Shown: one piece after another, positions 54,066 to 62,027 of the stretch | Position numbering within the stretch: position 1 is the first letter of the stretch | Layout: every line of letters begins with the position of its first letter | Source of the DNA: Candidatus Binatia bacterium | GTDB taxonomy: Bacteria > Desulfobacterota > Binatia > UBA9968 > JAJDTQ01 | DNA: 64,000 nt | Reading direction: 5' to 3' | Assembly: GCA_963666515.2 (NCBI GenBank) | Contig: OY762897.2 | Span: 1,254,370-1,318,369 of the forward strand | Notes under the pieces: generated by a model | Seen by the model: only the letters and a program-made list of their open reading frames with translations | The model's database searches: none | Told to the model about the DNA's origin: nothing | Program-made: the position numbers and the translations under genes

Positions 54066-55805
54066 TTACTGAGTACGTTCGAGGCGCACCCCCAAGAGTT
54101 GGAAGATTTGAGCCTGGAGGGGGGTGGGGCGGGTAATGATGTCGAAGGGTTGAGAGTTGGCGAGTTGGGGAGCGACGACGCTGTTTATGGCGATGGTGGC
54201 CAGGTCGTCGAGCAGGGAGCGGAAGCTGTGCACGGGCAGGCCGGTGGCTGTGATCTTGCGGTCGGCCTTGTCCTTGGCGGCGGGGGAGACCTGAGCGGGG
54301 GCGACCACGGAGGGGCGCAGGGCTTCAGCGGCTTGTGGATCGTGGTCGTCGAACAGCAGGGGCTTGAGGCGTTGGCGCATGTGCCACTCGACATAGTAGG
54401 CGAGCATGCACAGGAAGACGTGTGCACGGACCCTGCGGGCGGCGTAGTGGAAGATGGGGCGTACCTTGAGGTCCACGGTCTTGTAGCTGCGGAAGGCTCG
54501 TTCCACCACACTCAGACTCTTGTAGGCGCCCACCGTCTCCTGAGTATTCAACACCGCCGTGGGTACGCTGGTGCGGATGACGTAGAAGCCGTCAAGGGCG
54601 GCTTCCTGAGCGATGGCTTCGGCACGGCGTTCATAGGTCAAGACGCCGTCCTCCGAGACTGCGGTCTCGAAGTGCTTGCCGACCTTGTGCTGGCTCAGGA
54701 CCTTGCCGAGGCGCTGCTGGATGCGGCCGGGGTCGGTCAAGCGGCGCTTCTCTCGGGTGGTGGCGGCGACGATGCGGTCGAGTTCCCGTTCGGTGGCCTG
54801 GAGCAAGGCTTCGCGCTTGCGCGCCCGCTCTTGGGCCAGCAGGGGATTGCGGCACACGATCAGGCGTTCTGCGGGATAGTCCTGGGATGTGATCTCGGCC
54901 AAGTGGCGCTGGTCGAACAGCGAGGGTTGCAAAGCCCCGTCTTCGGCCAGCCTGCGGATGGCCGGTGCGCGCAAGGCGCTGATCCAGTCCAACCCGGCGG
55001 GTTGCACTTCCTCGCGGATGCGCGCTGTGGTGAGCATGCCCCGGTCCCCCACCAGCACCACTCGGGAAAGGGCGAAGCGTCGGCGCAGCTTGTCGATCTG
55101 GGTGCTCAGGGTGGCGGGGTCTGCGGTGTGGCCCTCGAACACCTCCACCGCTACGGGACAGCCCTCTCGGTTGCACAACAGTCCGAAGACGATCTGAAGC
55201 TTGCCCCGTTTGCCGTCGCGGGAGTAGCCGTGCCGGGCCAGAGGACAGCGTCGGCCCTCGACGTAGCTTGAGGTCACGTCGTAGAGCACCAGGGAGCCTT
55301 CCTCAAGATGGCGCTTGGCCAGACGCTTCTCGATGGCCCCTTGGCGTTCCAACAGCCAGTCCATGGCCGCGTACAGGTCATCCTCGTTGCTGTCGTCCAG
55401 ACCGAGGGTTGAGGCCAGCGAATCCCGAGCGGTTTCCCGAGCCAGGCCGCGGGCGGTGGCCAGCTTCGAGCCCGGGGCCAGGACACGGGCCACCACCAGG
55501 GCGAGGACGCGGTCCCGTTCGGGCGAGGGTTGGGGTGAGATGAGGCGGTCCAATTCCAGCTTGCGCACGGTGCCCAGGGTAGCGGCCACATGACCGTGGG
55601 GCAGGGAGCGGACGATGTCGAAGGTTTGTTCCGGGGCCGCCAGCGGCTCGTCCTTGAGCACCCGACGCAGGGCTTCTACCCTGGCCTGGGGCCATTTGGA
55701 GAGGTTGGCGAGGGTGCGGCTTTTGACTTTGCCGTTGTGGCGGTAGCTTTCCCGCAGCAGGATGGCCGGGGGCGAGTTGCGGTTGGGGACGGCGGTTACG
55801 TACAT
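54066..55805 (-). CDS. IS1634 family (IS4-like DDE) transposase
   Basis: Start set at MYVTAVPNRNSPPAILLRESYRHNGKVKSRTLANLSKW. C-terminal YKSLSVVERAFRSYKTVDLKVRPIFHYAARRVRAHVFLCMLAYY is the IS4-superfamily YREK region. Confidence 0.85.
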   Translation of the reverse strand: MYVTAVPNRNSPPAILLRESYRHNGKVKSRTLANLSKWPQARVEALRRVLKDEPLAAPEQTFDIVRSLPHGHVAATLGTVRKLELDRLISPQPSPERDRVLALVVARVLAPGSKLATARGLARETARDSLASTLGLDDSNEDDLYAAMDWLLERQGAIEKRLAKRHLEEGSLVLYDVTSSYVEGRRCPLARHGYSRDGKRGKLQIVFGLLCNREGCPVAVEVFEGHTADPATLSTQIDKLRRRFALSRVVLVGDRGMLTTARIREEVQPAGLDWISALRAPAIRRLAEDGALQPSLFDQRHLAEITSQDYPAERLIVCRNPLLAQERARKREALLQATERELDRIVAATTREKRRLTDPGRIQQRLGKVLSQHKVGKHFETAVSEDGVLTYERRAEAIAQEAALDGFYVIRTSVPTAVLNTQETVGAYKSLSVVERAFRSYKTVDLKVRPIFHYAARRVRAHVFLCMLAYYVEWHMRQRLKPLLFDDHDPQAAEALRPSVVAPAQVSPAAKDKADRKITATGLPVHSFRSLLDDLATIAINSVVAPQLANSQPFDIITRPTPLQAQIFQLLGVRLERTQ

Positions 55806-55812
55806 GCCTACT

Positions 55813-55841
55813 ATAATAGGCTGCAATCAGAACTTTGTCAA
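55813..55841 (-). promoter_or_regulatory. Near-consensus promoter placing the transposase ATG at the predicted transcription start (leaderless)
   Basis: On the minus strand: TTGACA (55841-55836), 17-nt spacer, TATTAT (55818-55813), then 7 nt to the ATG at 55805. No Shine-Dalgarno. Confidence 0.45.
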
Positions 55842-56018
55842 TAAATAAAACAACAAATGACTCACGCATCCCGCATTTACATGCCTACATATAAACCCCC
55901 TTTCTACCTCGTGCCTGTGATTCCCTTGCCTTTTCAATCACTTGGCTCCGCAGCTCGCGCTTGGTAAACAGGGAAGTTCAGTCTAACGGCCATCCCAACG
56001 CGGTGGCGTTGAATGTCT

Positions 56019-58070
56019 TCAGACAGATTGTTCGAGAGCAAACTCCGGGGCACCCGTAGCCGCGCAGGCAAGCACCGCGACGGCAATCTCATCGCGTTCG
56101 TGCGGGCTGATTGCAGCAATTCGTCCCATGGTGTCGCCCATGAAGGCAGCGGCCGGGGATGCCGCATCCACGTCGGGATTGTAGCGAGTGCGCCACGCTG
56201 CCACGCCGGACTGATTGTACTCGTGGGATACCGCCAAGATGTGAAGAAAATCGGTCTCCATGGCTGCCTCGGGGAACTGGGCCGCCAACTGTTTCCAACT
56301 ATCGGGACTCGCCGACTCTTGCCAATACCTGCAGGCGTTCCACGCCCAAGCGTGTGGAGGACACTCCGGTGTGCTGTTCAGCATAAGCCATTGCGAATAG
56401 AAGCCAGCCAACGGATCACCTCTCCGGGTTTCCTCTCTAATAAGGTCCGTCGGTGCAACACCCCCTTGGGCCTTGGCGATTCGAGCGCGACTGAACTCGC
56501 CGCCGAGACGGCCGCGACGAAAAAGTTCGGTCAGGGCGGCGGGGGGAGGCACCGACGAGTGACCGCCATCAGTTGTGGCCGGAACCTCATTCTCGCGGCC
56601 TGCGTCGGAGGTATCGTCGTCCGAGGCATATTGCAGGCCGCTACGCATCCGGTCGAGAAATTCCCTGGCTTTCAGGCTTTCAGGTTCTTTTTCCAGGAAT
56701 TCAACCAGCAACGCCTTGGCGTCTCCCGGGCGGTCGCGCAAGACCAGTAGTCGGGCCATGGCTACCCGCGAGTGCTCGTTGCCTGGATCTCTATCCATCG
56801 CTTGCTGCAGCCAGTACCCTGCCTCGTCCCAATAGTACTCTCCTCGGCGGATCAGCAGACGCCCCAGTTCCACCCGGGCATGCAAGTCATTCGGAAACAG
56901 CCGTAGAATCTCGCGCAACGTCGATTCGTGCGCGTCGCGGTGGCCCTGGGCGCGAAACCAGTCCGCCCAAAGCATCCAGCAATAGAAGTTCGCTGGCTCC
57001 CAGACAAGGGCTCGTTCAATCATGACTCCAAATCGAACCATCTCGGCCTGACCGAGCTTATGATGTTCCAGCAGGCTGCTACCGAGGTTGTGCAGAGTAC
57101 GGACGAAAAAATGGCTTATGCCGGTGGCCTCGGCATAAACGTGGTTCTGCTCTAACAGCTCGAACAGGCGCCTGGCCAGAGTTTCCGGTTGATGGCTTGA
57201 GTTAAGGATTTCTGCCTTCAGACCGGCCCACTGTTCCTGTGATGCTGGCGCCGGCGTTGGCGTCTGGGTGCGTTTGGAATGCTGAGGCTTGGTCACCACT
57301 CCCGATCGCAAGACGTCAACCAACTCGCTTGCCAGTTGTTCCCGCGTAATGTGTTCCTTCGTATGTACTACGAAGCCGTCCAGTGCCCCCGTCAGGATAC
57401 GGTCCCAATATTGGGGGCCACGTGGATAGTGCCCGCGCAGGGCGGCAAAATGGCGATTGAAGAAGGTGTGCGCGGCGCCGACCTCGTGGCAAATCTGGAC
57501 GGCGTGGCGCAACAGCGCCTGCAGCATCAGCGTCTGGTTGGCCTGCGCGTTGTGTTGATTGGGCAATAATCGTAGCCCAGCCAGGGACACGGTCAAATAC
57601 TCGGGTCGAGGATCTGTGGCGAGCCGCAACCACATGGCTGTGTGGCCGGTATCAGGCTGTCCGCGGGTCAGTAACCGGAAACACTCCAGCGCCGGGTCGC
57701 GCTCCGGGGCCAGCCGCAACGGCAACAACCAGCGGAGCCAAGTGTCAATATCCGCTCGGATCTGATGTCGGGCCTCCGGCAAATCAAGCACTTGGAGAGC
57801 AATCAAGGCATCGCCGATTCGCTTGCCATAGACCGGAAAACCGAGACGCTTCACCTGCACCGGATAGTGCCCGCGCATGTCGAGCAGCCAGGATAGGAGC
57901 GCCTTGTCAAGCTCGGCACGCTCGCTGGCGAGATGCTGCGGGAAGGCCTGATACAACAAATCCGGCACGTCGAGGCGTAAGCTGGAAGCGACGCCCGCGC
58001 GTCCGCTGAATAGGTCGGCGACAGCCTGTTCGGGGTCACCGCGAAACGCCTCGAACCAGCGATCGATCAT
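56019..58070 (-). CDS. 683-aa TPR-containing protein of unknown function (gene B of a two-gene operon)
   Basis: Long uninterrupted ORF in lower-GC DNA. Its start ATG overlaps the stop of the upstream ORF (ATGA at 58067-58070). Residues about 345-475 show TPR-like repeats (WADWFRAQGHRDAHESTLREILRLFPND; ARVELGRLLIRRGEYYWDEAGYWLQQAMDRDPGN; SRVAMARLLVLRDRPGDAKALLVEFLEKEPES). The N-terminal 340 aa and C-terminal 200 aa are unassigned. Confidence 0.7.
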   Translation of the reverse strand: MIDRWFEAFRGDPEQAVADLFSGRAGVASSLRLDVPDLLYQAFPQHLASERAELDKALLSWLLDMRGHYPVQVKRLGFPVYGKRIGDALIALQVLDLPEARHQIRADIDTWLRWLLPLRLAPERDPALECFRLLTRGQPDTGHTAMWLRLATDPRPEYLTVSLAGLRLLPNQHNAQANQTLMLQALLRHAVQICHEVGAAHTFFNRHFAALRGHYPRGPQYWDRILTGALDGFVVHTKEHITREQLASELVDVLRSGVVTKPQHSKRTQTPTPAPASQEQWAGLKAEILNSSHQPETLARRLFELLEQNHVYAEATGISHFFVRTLHNLGSSLLEHHKLGQAEMVRFGVMIERALVWEPANFYCWMLWADWFRAQGHRDAHESTLREILRLFPNDLHARVELGRLLIRRGEYYWDEAGYWLQQAMDRDPGNEHSRVAMARLLVLRDRPGDAKALLVEFLEKEPESLKAREFLDRMRSGLQYASDDDTSDAGRENEVPATTDGGHSSVPPPAALTELFRRGRLGGEFSRARIAKAQGGVAPTDLIREETRRGDPLAGFYSQWLMLNSTPECPPHAWAWNACRYWQESASPDSWKQLAAQFPEAAMETDFLHILAVSHEYNQSGVAAWRTRYNPDVDAASPAAAFMGDTMGRIAAISPHERDEIAVAVLACAATGAPEFALEQSV

Positions 58071-59128
58071 AGCCGCCCCTCAAGAAATTCGCCAAAATGC
58101 TCGCGTCCGCACTCCACTTGCAACGTAATAAGGTGCAGGTCGCGCGCCTCACGCAGTTGTTCATCAGTCAGGCGGCGGGGGTCCCTGATCCAACCCAGCC
58201 GCCACAAGTGCTCGCGCTGGTAGTCGATTCGGCAATGGACCAGTTCGGCGGTAAGCGTGTCGGCCGAGTCGGGCGACAGGTGCACGGTAGCGCCGTATGG
58301 ATGCTCCCGCGGGACCGGAAAGAAGAACTCGTGCATGCCATTGTCGAGGACGGTGGGCATTGCGCAGGCGGCGGACCCTTCCCGATGGGCCGAAAAGACC
58401 TCCGCGAGGGGGTAGCGCATCAACGCGACTGCGAGCGGGGCACCACCGGCGAGCCCGTAGTGCCCAAGCCCGAGCCGGTCGCGGAGCGCGTGGGGCCAAT
58501 CTACGTCGTCCGCTTCTTGTTTCACCTCGTCATAGAAGGCGACAAAGGCGGGCCGGGCGTCCCGGCGCTGATTCCATGTATCGAAGAATATCTGGACTAC
58601 CCGGAGCGCATCGGAAACGCCGTTGTCCGCCTGTTGCAGCAGTCCGTCCAAATCCTCGAGTAACAGGCCGCTGGTCTGTAGTGGTTGGGTGAGGGCCTCG
58701 ATACGGACCACGGACTGGTTGTCGGAGAGATCGTCGAGCCAAGCGTCCTTATTGATGTCGAGAAAAGCATCGGGCAAGTTGAGGCTTGAGACATTGTAGT
58801 ACCGCTCCAAATGCAGCCGATTGGTTTCGCTCCAGTCCTGCCACTGAATCCCATCGGCACCGGCTGTCACTTCTGCAAGCAGGTCATCAAACCGTTGCCA
58901 CCGGGCAACGCCTGCCCGCTCGTCAAAGCGGCAATTGTCAGCCACGGCAGCCACGACGGTGTCGGTGGAGCGGCTGTGATGCTGTAGGAAGTCCTTGTGA
59001 ATAGTCACCCTTCCGTTCCTGTTGGCAACATCTTCAAGCGTTACCGGCAAATATACGCCCGCACATTGCGTAGTGAAAGGGACATCCTGGCTTTGGTTTG
59101 ACAGGAACACGGACCAAAAACAATTCAA
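58067..59128 (-). CDS. 353-aa protein of unknown family (gene A of a two-gene operon)
   Basis: ORF with a TTG as the most upstream possible start. No domain recognised by eye. Contains VVQIFFD(183)...FVAFYDE(201)VK(203), a pattern compatible with a PD-(D/E)xK core. Translationally coupled to gene B. Confidence 0.6.
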   Translation of the reverse strand: MNCFWSVFLSNQSQDVPFTTQCAGVYLPVTLEDVANRNGRVTIHKDFLQHHSRSTDTVVAAVADNCRFDERAGVARWQRFDDLLAEVTAGADGIQWQDWSETNRLHLERYYNVSSLNLPDAFLDINKDAWLDDLSDNQSVVRIEALTQPLQTSGLLLEDLDGLLQQADNGVSDALRVVQIFFDTWNQRRDARPAFVAFYDEVKQEADDVDWPHALRDRLGLGHYGLAGGAPLAVALMRYPLAEVFSAHREGSAACAMPTVLDNGMHEFFFPVPREHPYGATVHLSPDSADTLTAELVHCRIDYQREHLWRLGWIRDPRRLTDEQLREARDLHLITLQVECGREHFGEFLEGRL

Positions 59129-59195
59129 AACGGCATTCGGGTCTCCTTGCCACGGTGCCCAAGTGAGGTGGTCATGGTGTAACGCTATCGGGCGC

Positions 59196-59630
59196 TTACC
59201 GGCTGAGCATGTAGTCGATGGAAAGCGCTCCGGCGCCGCCCACCAGAATCGTCAGCGCCATCAGGAAGAGGGCGAGGCAGTACTCGATGCCCATACCCTT
59301 GCGGCCGCCGCCGGAGAGGAAGAAGCCGTGCTCCCAGTGGCTTGCCCAGATGGCCACGGCCAGAAAGATCATCAGCCCCAAGGCCAGCGGACGGACGGCA
59401 AAGCCCAGGATCATCGCCGGCACGCTGAGGATTTCCGTGAAGACCCCGACGACCCCGATCCAGATGGGGATACGGTATCGCTCTTTCCAGTTGCCCACTT
59501 GGCCCATGAGGCCTCGTCCTCCCATCCACCCGAACAGATGCTGGGTCCCGTGGGCGAAGAAGGTCACGGCCAGCCCCAGCCGCAGGACGATGAAGGCCAG
59601 ATTCGGTTCCGTTTGAAAGATCGCGTTCAT
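59196..59630 (-). CDS. DoxX family membrane protein
   Basis: 144 aa, four TM helices. LRLGLAVTFFAHGTQHLFG N-terminal DoxX signature. Confidence 0.8.
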   Translation of the reverse strand: MNAIFQTEPNLAFIVLRLGLAVTFFAHGTQHLFGWMGGRGLMGQVGNWKERYRIPIWIGVVGVFTEILSVPAMILGFAVRPLALGLMIFLAVAIWASHWEHGFFLSGGGRKGMGIEYCLALFLMALTILVGGAGALSIDYMLSR

Positions 59631-60430
59631 GCCAGAAACCTCCGTATGGCGGCGTGGGCCGCGTCGGGATTGACGAAAAAATAGCTGTGCTTCTCGCCCT
59701 TCAGCTCTACGAAGTCCGCGCCGGGGATCTCCGCGGCCAGCACGTCCGCGGCCTGCCGCAACGAAGTGTCGCTGGTGACGTGGTGCTCCTCCGCGCCCAC
59801 CAGGATCAGCGTGGGCACATCAATGTCCTTCAGCCGGTCCTTGAGGTCGTGCTGCTGGCGCGCGATGACGTGGCGGAAGTACTGCTCCACCGGGTTGAGA
59901 TGCGCCATCCGCACCGCCAGGTACCCCTCCACCCGCTGGGGATACCGCTTGATGAACTCATCGGTGAAACCCACGGTGACGCCGTGGTCCCGCACGTACC
60001 GCTCGTAACCCCACTCCACCATCTCCTTGGCGATGCGCAACGGGATGTCCTTGGTGGAGGGGTAGAAACCGCGGCCTGACGCGCAGATCAGCGCGGAGAC
60101 CCGGTCGGCGTGGTCCAGCGCCATCACCTGGGCCACGGACCCGCCCATGGAGTGGCCGCAGACCACGGCGTCCCGGGCGCCGACGTGCTCCAGCACAGCG
60201 GCAGCGTCGTCGGCGAAATCCTTGACGCTGTACGGCTCCGACGGCCAGTCCGAGCGGCCGGTGCCGCGGTAGTCGCACAGGATCACCTGGTGGTCGCGGG
60301 AGAAGGCCGGCACCTGGTGGAGCTTCCAGACGTCGCAGTGGCACGCGGTCTCGCTCAGGAACAGTAGCGGGCGGCCGTTGCCGTGGGTCTCGTAGTAGAG
60401 CTTCGTTCCTTCCCTGTCGATGAAGGGCAT
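59627..60430 (-). CDS. Alpha/beta-fold hydrolase
   Basis: 267 aa. Nucleophile elbow GHSMGG. HGNGRPLLFL oxyanion region. 4-nt overlap with the DoxX gene. Confidence 0.8.
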   Translation of the reverse strand: MPFIDREGTKLYYETHGNGRPLLFLSETACHCDVWKLHQVPAFSRDHQVILCDYRGTGRSDWPSEPYSVKDFADDAAAVLEHVGARDAVVCGHSMGGSVAQVMALDHADRVSALICASGRGFYPSTKDIPLRIAKEMVEWGYERYVRDHGVTVGFTDEFIKRYPQRVEGYLAVRMAHLNPVEQYFRHVIARQQHDLKDRLKDIDVPTLILVGAEEHHVTSDTSLRQAADVLAAEIPGADFVELKGEKHSYFFVNPDAAHAAIRRFLA

Positions 60431-60475
60431 GGTTGCGTCTCGGCGCCCGCGACTCGCAAGCGCTGAAGGATGTCG

Positions 60476-61924
60476 CTATCGCTCCCGCACCGGATAGCTC
60501 ATGGGCGCCACGTCGTCGATGGTCTCGCCCAGCGCGCGCCATTCCGGAACCGAGTCCCACAGCGGCTGGGCGCCTTCCTGGATCTCAGCCAGCAACCCGG
60601 CTTCGTCGAAACGCGTGGGACGGCCGTCCTCCAGCAGCGTCTCCCCGTCCACGATGATGGTCTCGACGTCGCTGCCGCTGCCGCCTTCCACGAATGACTT
60701 GATGGGGTCGCGCACGGCGCCGAAGTGGGTGCGGCGCAGGTCCACCATGATCATGTCGGCCTTGGCGCCGGGCGCCAGCCGTCCCAGGTCGTCGCGCCGC
60801 AAGGCCTTGGCGGCGCCCAGGGTGGCGGCGTTGTACACGTCGTAAGGCTTGCCGGCGCGGAAGCTTCCTTCCACGAGGCGGCAGGCGAGTCCGGCCAGGC
60901 GCATCTCGTGCACCATGTCCTGCGGGAAGGTGTCCGTCCCCAGCACCACGTTGATGCCGCGCCTGCGGTATTCGTCGAAGGATTCCAGCGCGATGCCCAT
61001 CTTGGCGTACTTGTAAGGGGCGTGGGCCACGGAGGCGCCGCTGTCCGCCAGCATTGAGAGGTCGTCGGTGTAGGGGTAGTGGCTCCAGGAGTGCCGGTTG
61101 TGGAAGACGCAGTGGCCCAGGATCACTTCCTCGCCCAGGAAGCCCAGGTCGTGAAGGTACTGGATCGGCGTCACCCCGCGCTGCCGCAGGGTCGACTGGA
61201 ACTCCAGTGGGTTCATGGCGGTGTGGAGCTGGATGCCGATGCCGAGTTCTCCTGCGGCGCGCTTGGTGGCCTGGAGCAGCTCGGGCGTACAGGTGTCCAG
61301 TTGTCCGGGATACAGCATGGCGCGGACGCGGCCGTTGTGCGCGCCGTCGTGCTGCTTCGCGTACTCCAGGGCCTGTGCCAGCCCCTGCTCTCCGTTGGCC
61401 TCGTTCCAGTCCCACTGAATGCGGCCCTGGTCGTCGAGCACGTAGGCTGCGCTCCGGTAGCCGGCGCCGAGGTAGGCGCGCACTCCCAGCTCGCCGATCA
61501 TCTCCGTGAAACCCTCGATCATGGTCCCGCGGGTGCCCACGTCCAGGATGGTGGTGGCGCCGCCGCGCATGGCGGCCCACACGCCGAACTTCCCCTCGAC
61601 CCCGGCCCGTGGCGGCGGCCCCATGCCCTTGGCGCCGCGCCGCATGGCGCCGTAGGAAAGGAAGTTCATGCCGAGGTAGTCAGCCTTGCTGGCGTCGTTC
61701 AGCATGACGTGGCGGGCGTTGGTGCCGGCGTGGATGTGGCAGTTGATCAGGCCTGGGCCGATGAGCCGGCCGCGCGCGTCAATGGTACGGTCTACCGGCC
61801 CGTCGAATTCGTAGCCGACGTGGACGATGCGGTCGTCCTCGTAGACCACCACGCCGTCCGGCAGCAGGTCATGGCCGCGGCCGTCGAAACCGACCACCCA
61901 GCCGCCGTGGATGAGTGTTTTCAT
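60476..61924 (-). CDS. Amidohydrolase (chlorohydrolase/aminohydrolase superfamily)
   Basis: 482 aa. GPGLINCHIHAG (HxH metal site), HTAMNP, VLGTDTFPQD, GAKADMIMVDL. Confidence 0.75.
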   Translation of the reverse strand: MKTLIHGGWVVGFDGRGHDLLPDGVVVYEDDRIVHVGYEFDGPVDRTIDARGRLIGPGLINCHIHAGTNARHVMLNDASKADYLGMNFLSYGAMRRGAKGMGPPPRAGVEGKFGVWAAMRGGATTILDVGTRGTMIEGFTEMIGELGVRAYLGAGYRSAAYVLDDQGRIQWDWNEANGEQGLAQALEYAKQHDGAHNGRVRAMLYPGQLDTCTPELLQATKRAAGELGIGIQLHTAMNPLEFQSTLRQRGVTPIQYLHDLGFLGEEVILGHCVFHNRHSWSHYPYTDDLSMLADSGASVAHAPYKYAKMGIALESFDEYRRRGINVVLGTDTFPQDMVHEMRLAGLACRLVEGSFRAGKPYDVYNAATLGAAKALRRDDLGRLAPGAKADMIMVDLRRTHFGAVRDPIKSFVEGGSGSDVETIIVDGETLLEDGRPTRFDEAGLLAEIQEGAQPLWDSVPEWRALGETIDDVAPMSYPVRER

Positions 61925-62027
61925 GTTCGTTTACCTCGACCGGAACGTCTCCGGCATGGTTGCCGTCTACTCGAAAGGTGCGCAGACTGTCAATCGAACC
62001 GCCGGGGGCGACCCGCGGTCGCCCTTG

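Larger units (their letters stand above)
54040..55910 (-). mobile_element. IS1634-like (IS4 superfamily) insertion sequence; ends approximate
   Basis: Carries a single intact transposase gene. The only inverted match I found near the ends is AAGGGGGTAT (54053-54062) versus the reverse complement of 55894-55903 (AAGGGGGTTT). No clear target duplication. Confidence 0.5.

Noticed and set aside
54040-55910. Exact terminal inverted repeats and target-site duplication for the IS1634-like element
   Set aside because: Only a match of about 9 of 10 nt (AAGGGGGTAT versus AAGGGGGTTT) was found near the ends, and the immediately flanking bases are not duplicated. The boundaries are therefore reported as approximate only.
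57483-57506. HEPN-like R-x6-H (RHAVQICH, residues 188-195) in the N-terminal region of the 683-aa protein
   Set aside because: This is a single short motif at the outer limit of the Rx4-6H spacing, with no supporting helical-pair context that I can verify. It is most likely chance.
52416-59180. Inverted 8-nt match tggtcatg (reverse complement of about 52424-52431 versus about 59169-59176), considered as island att or border repeats
   Set aside because: Too short and in inverted rather than direct orientation; expected by chance in flanks of this size.
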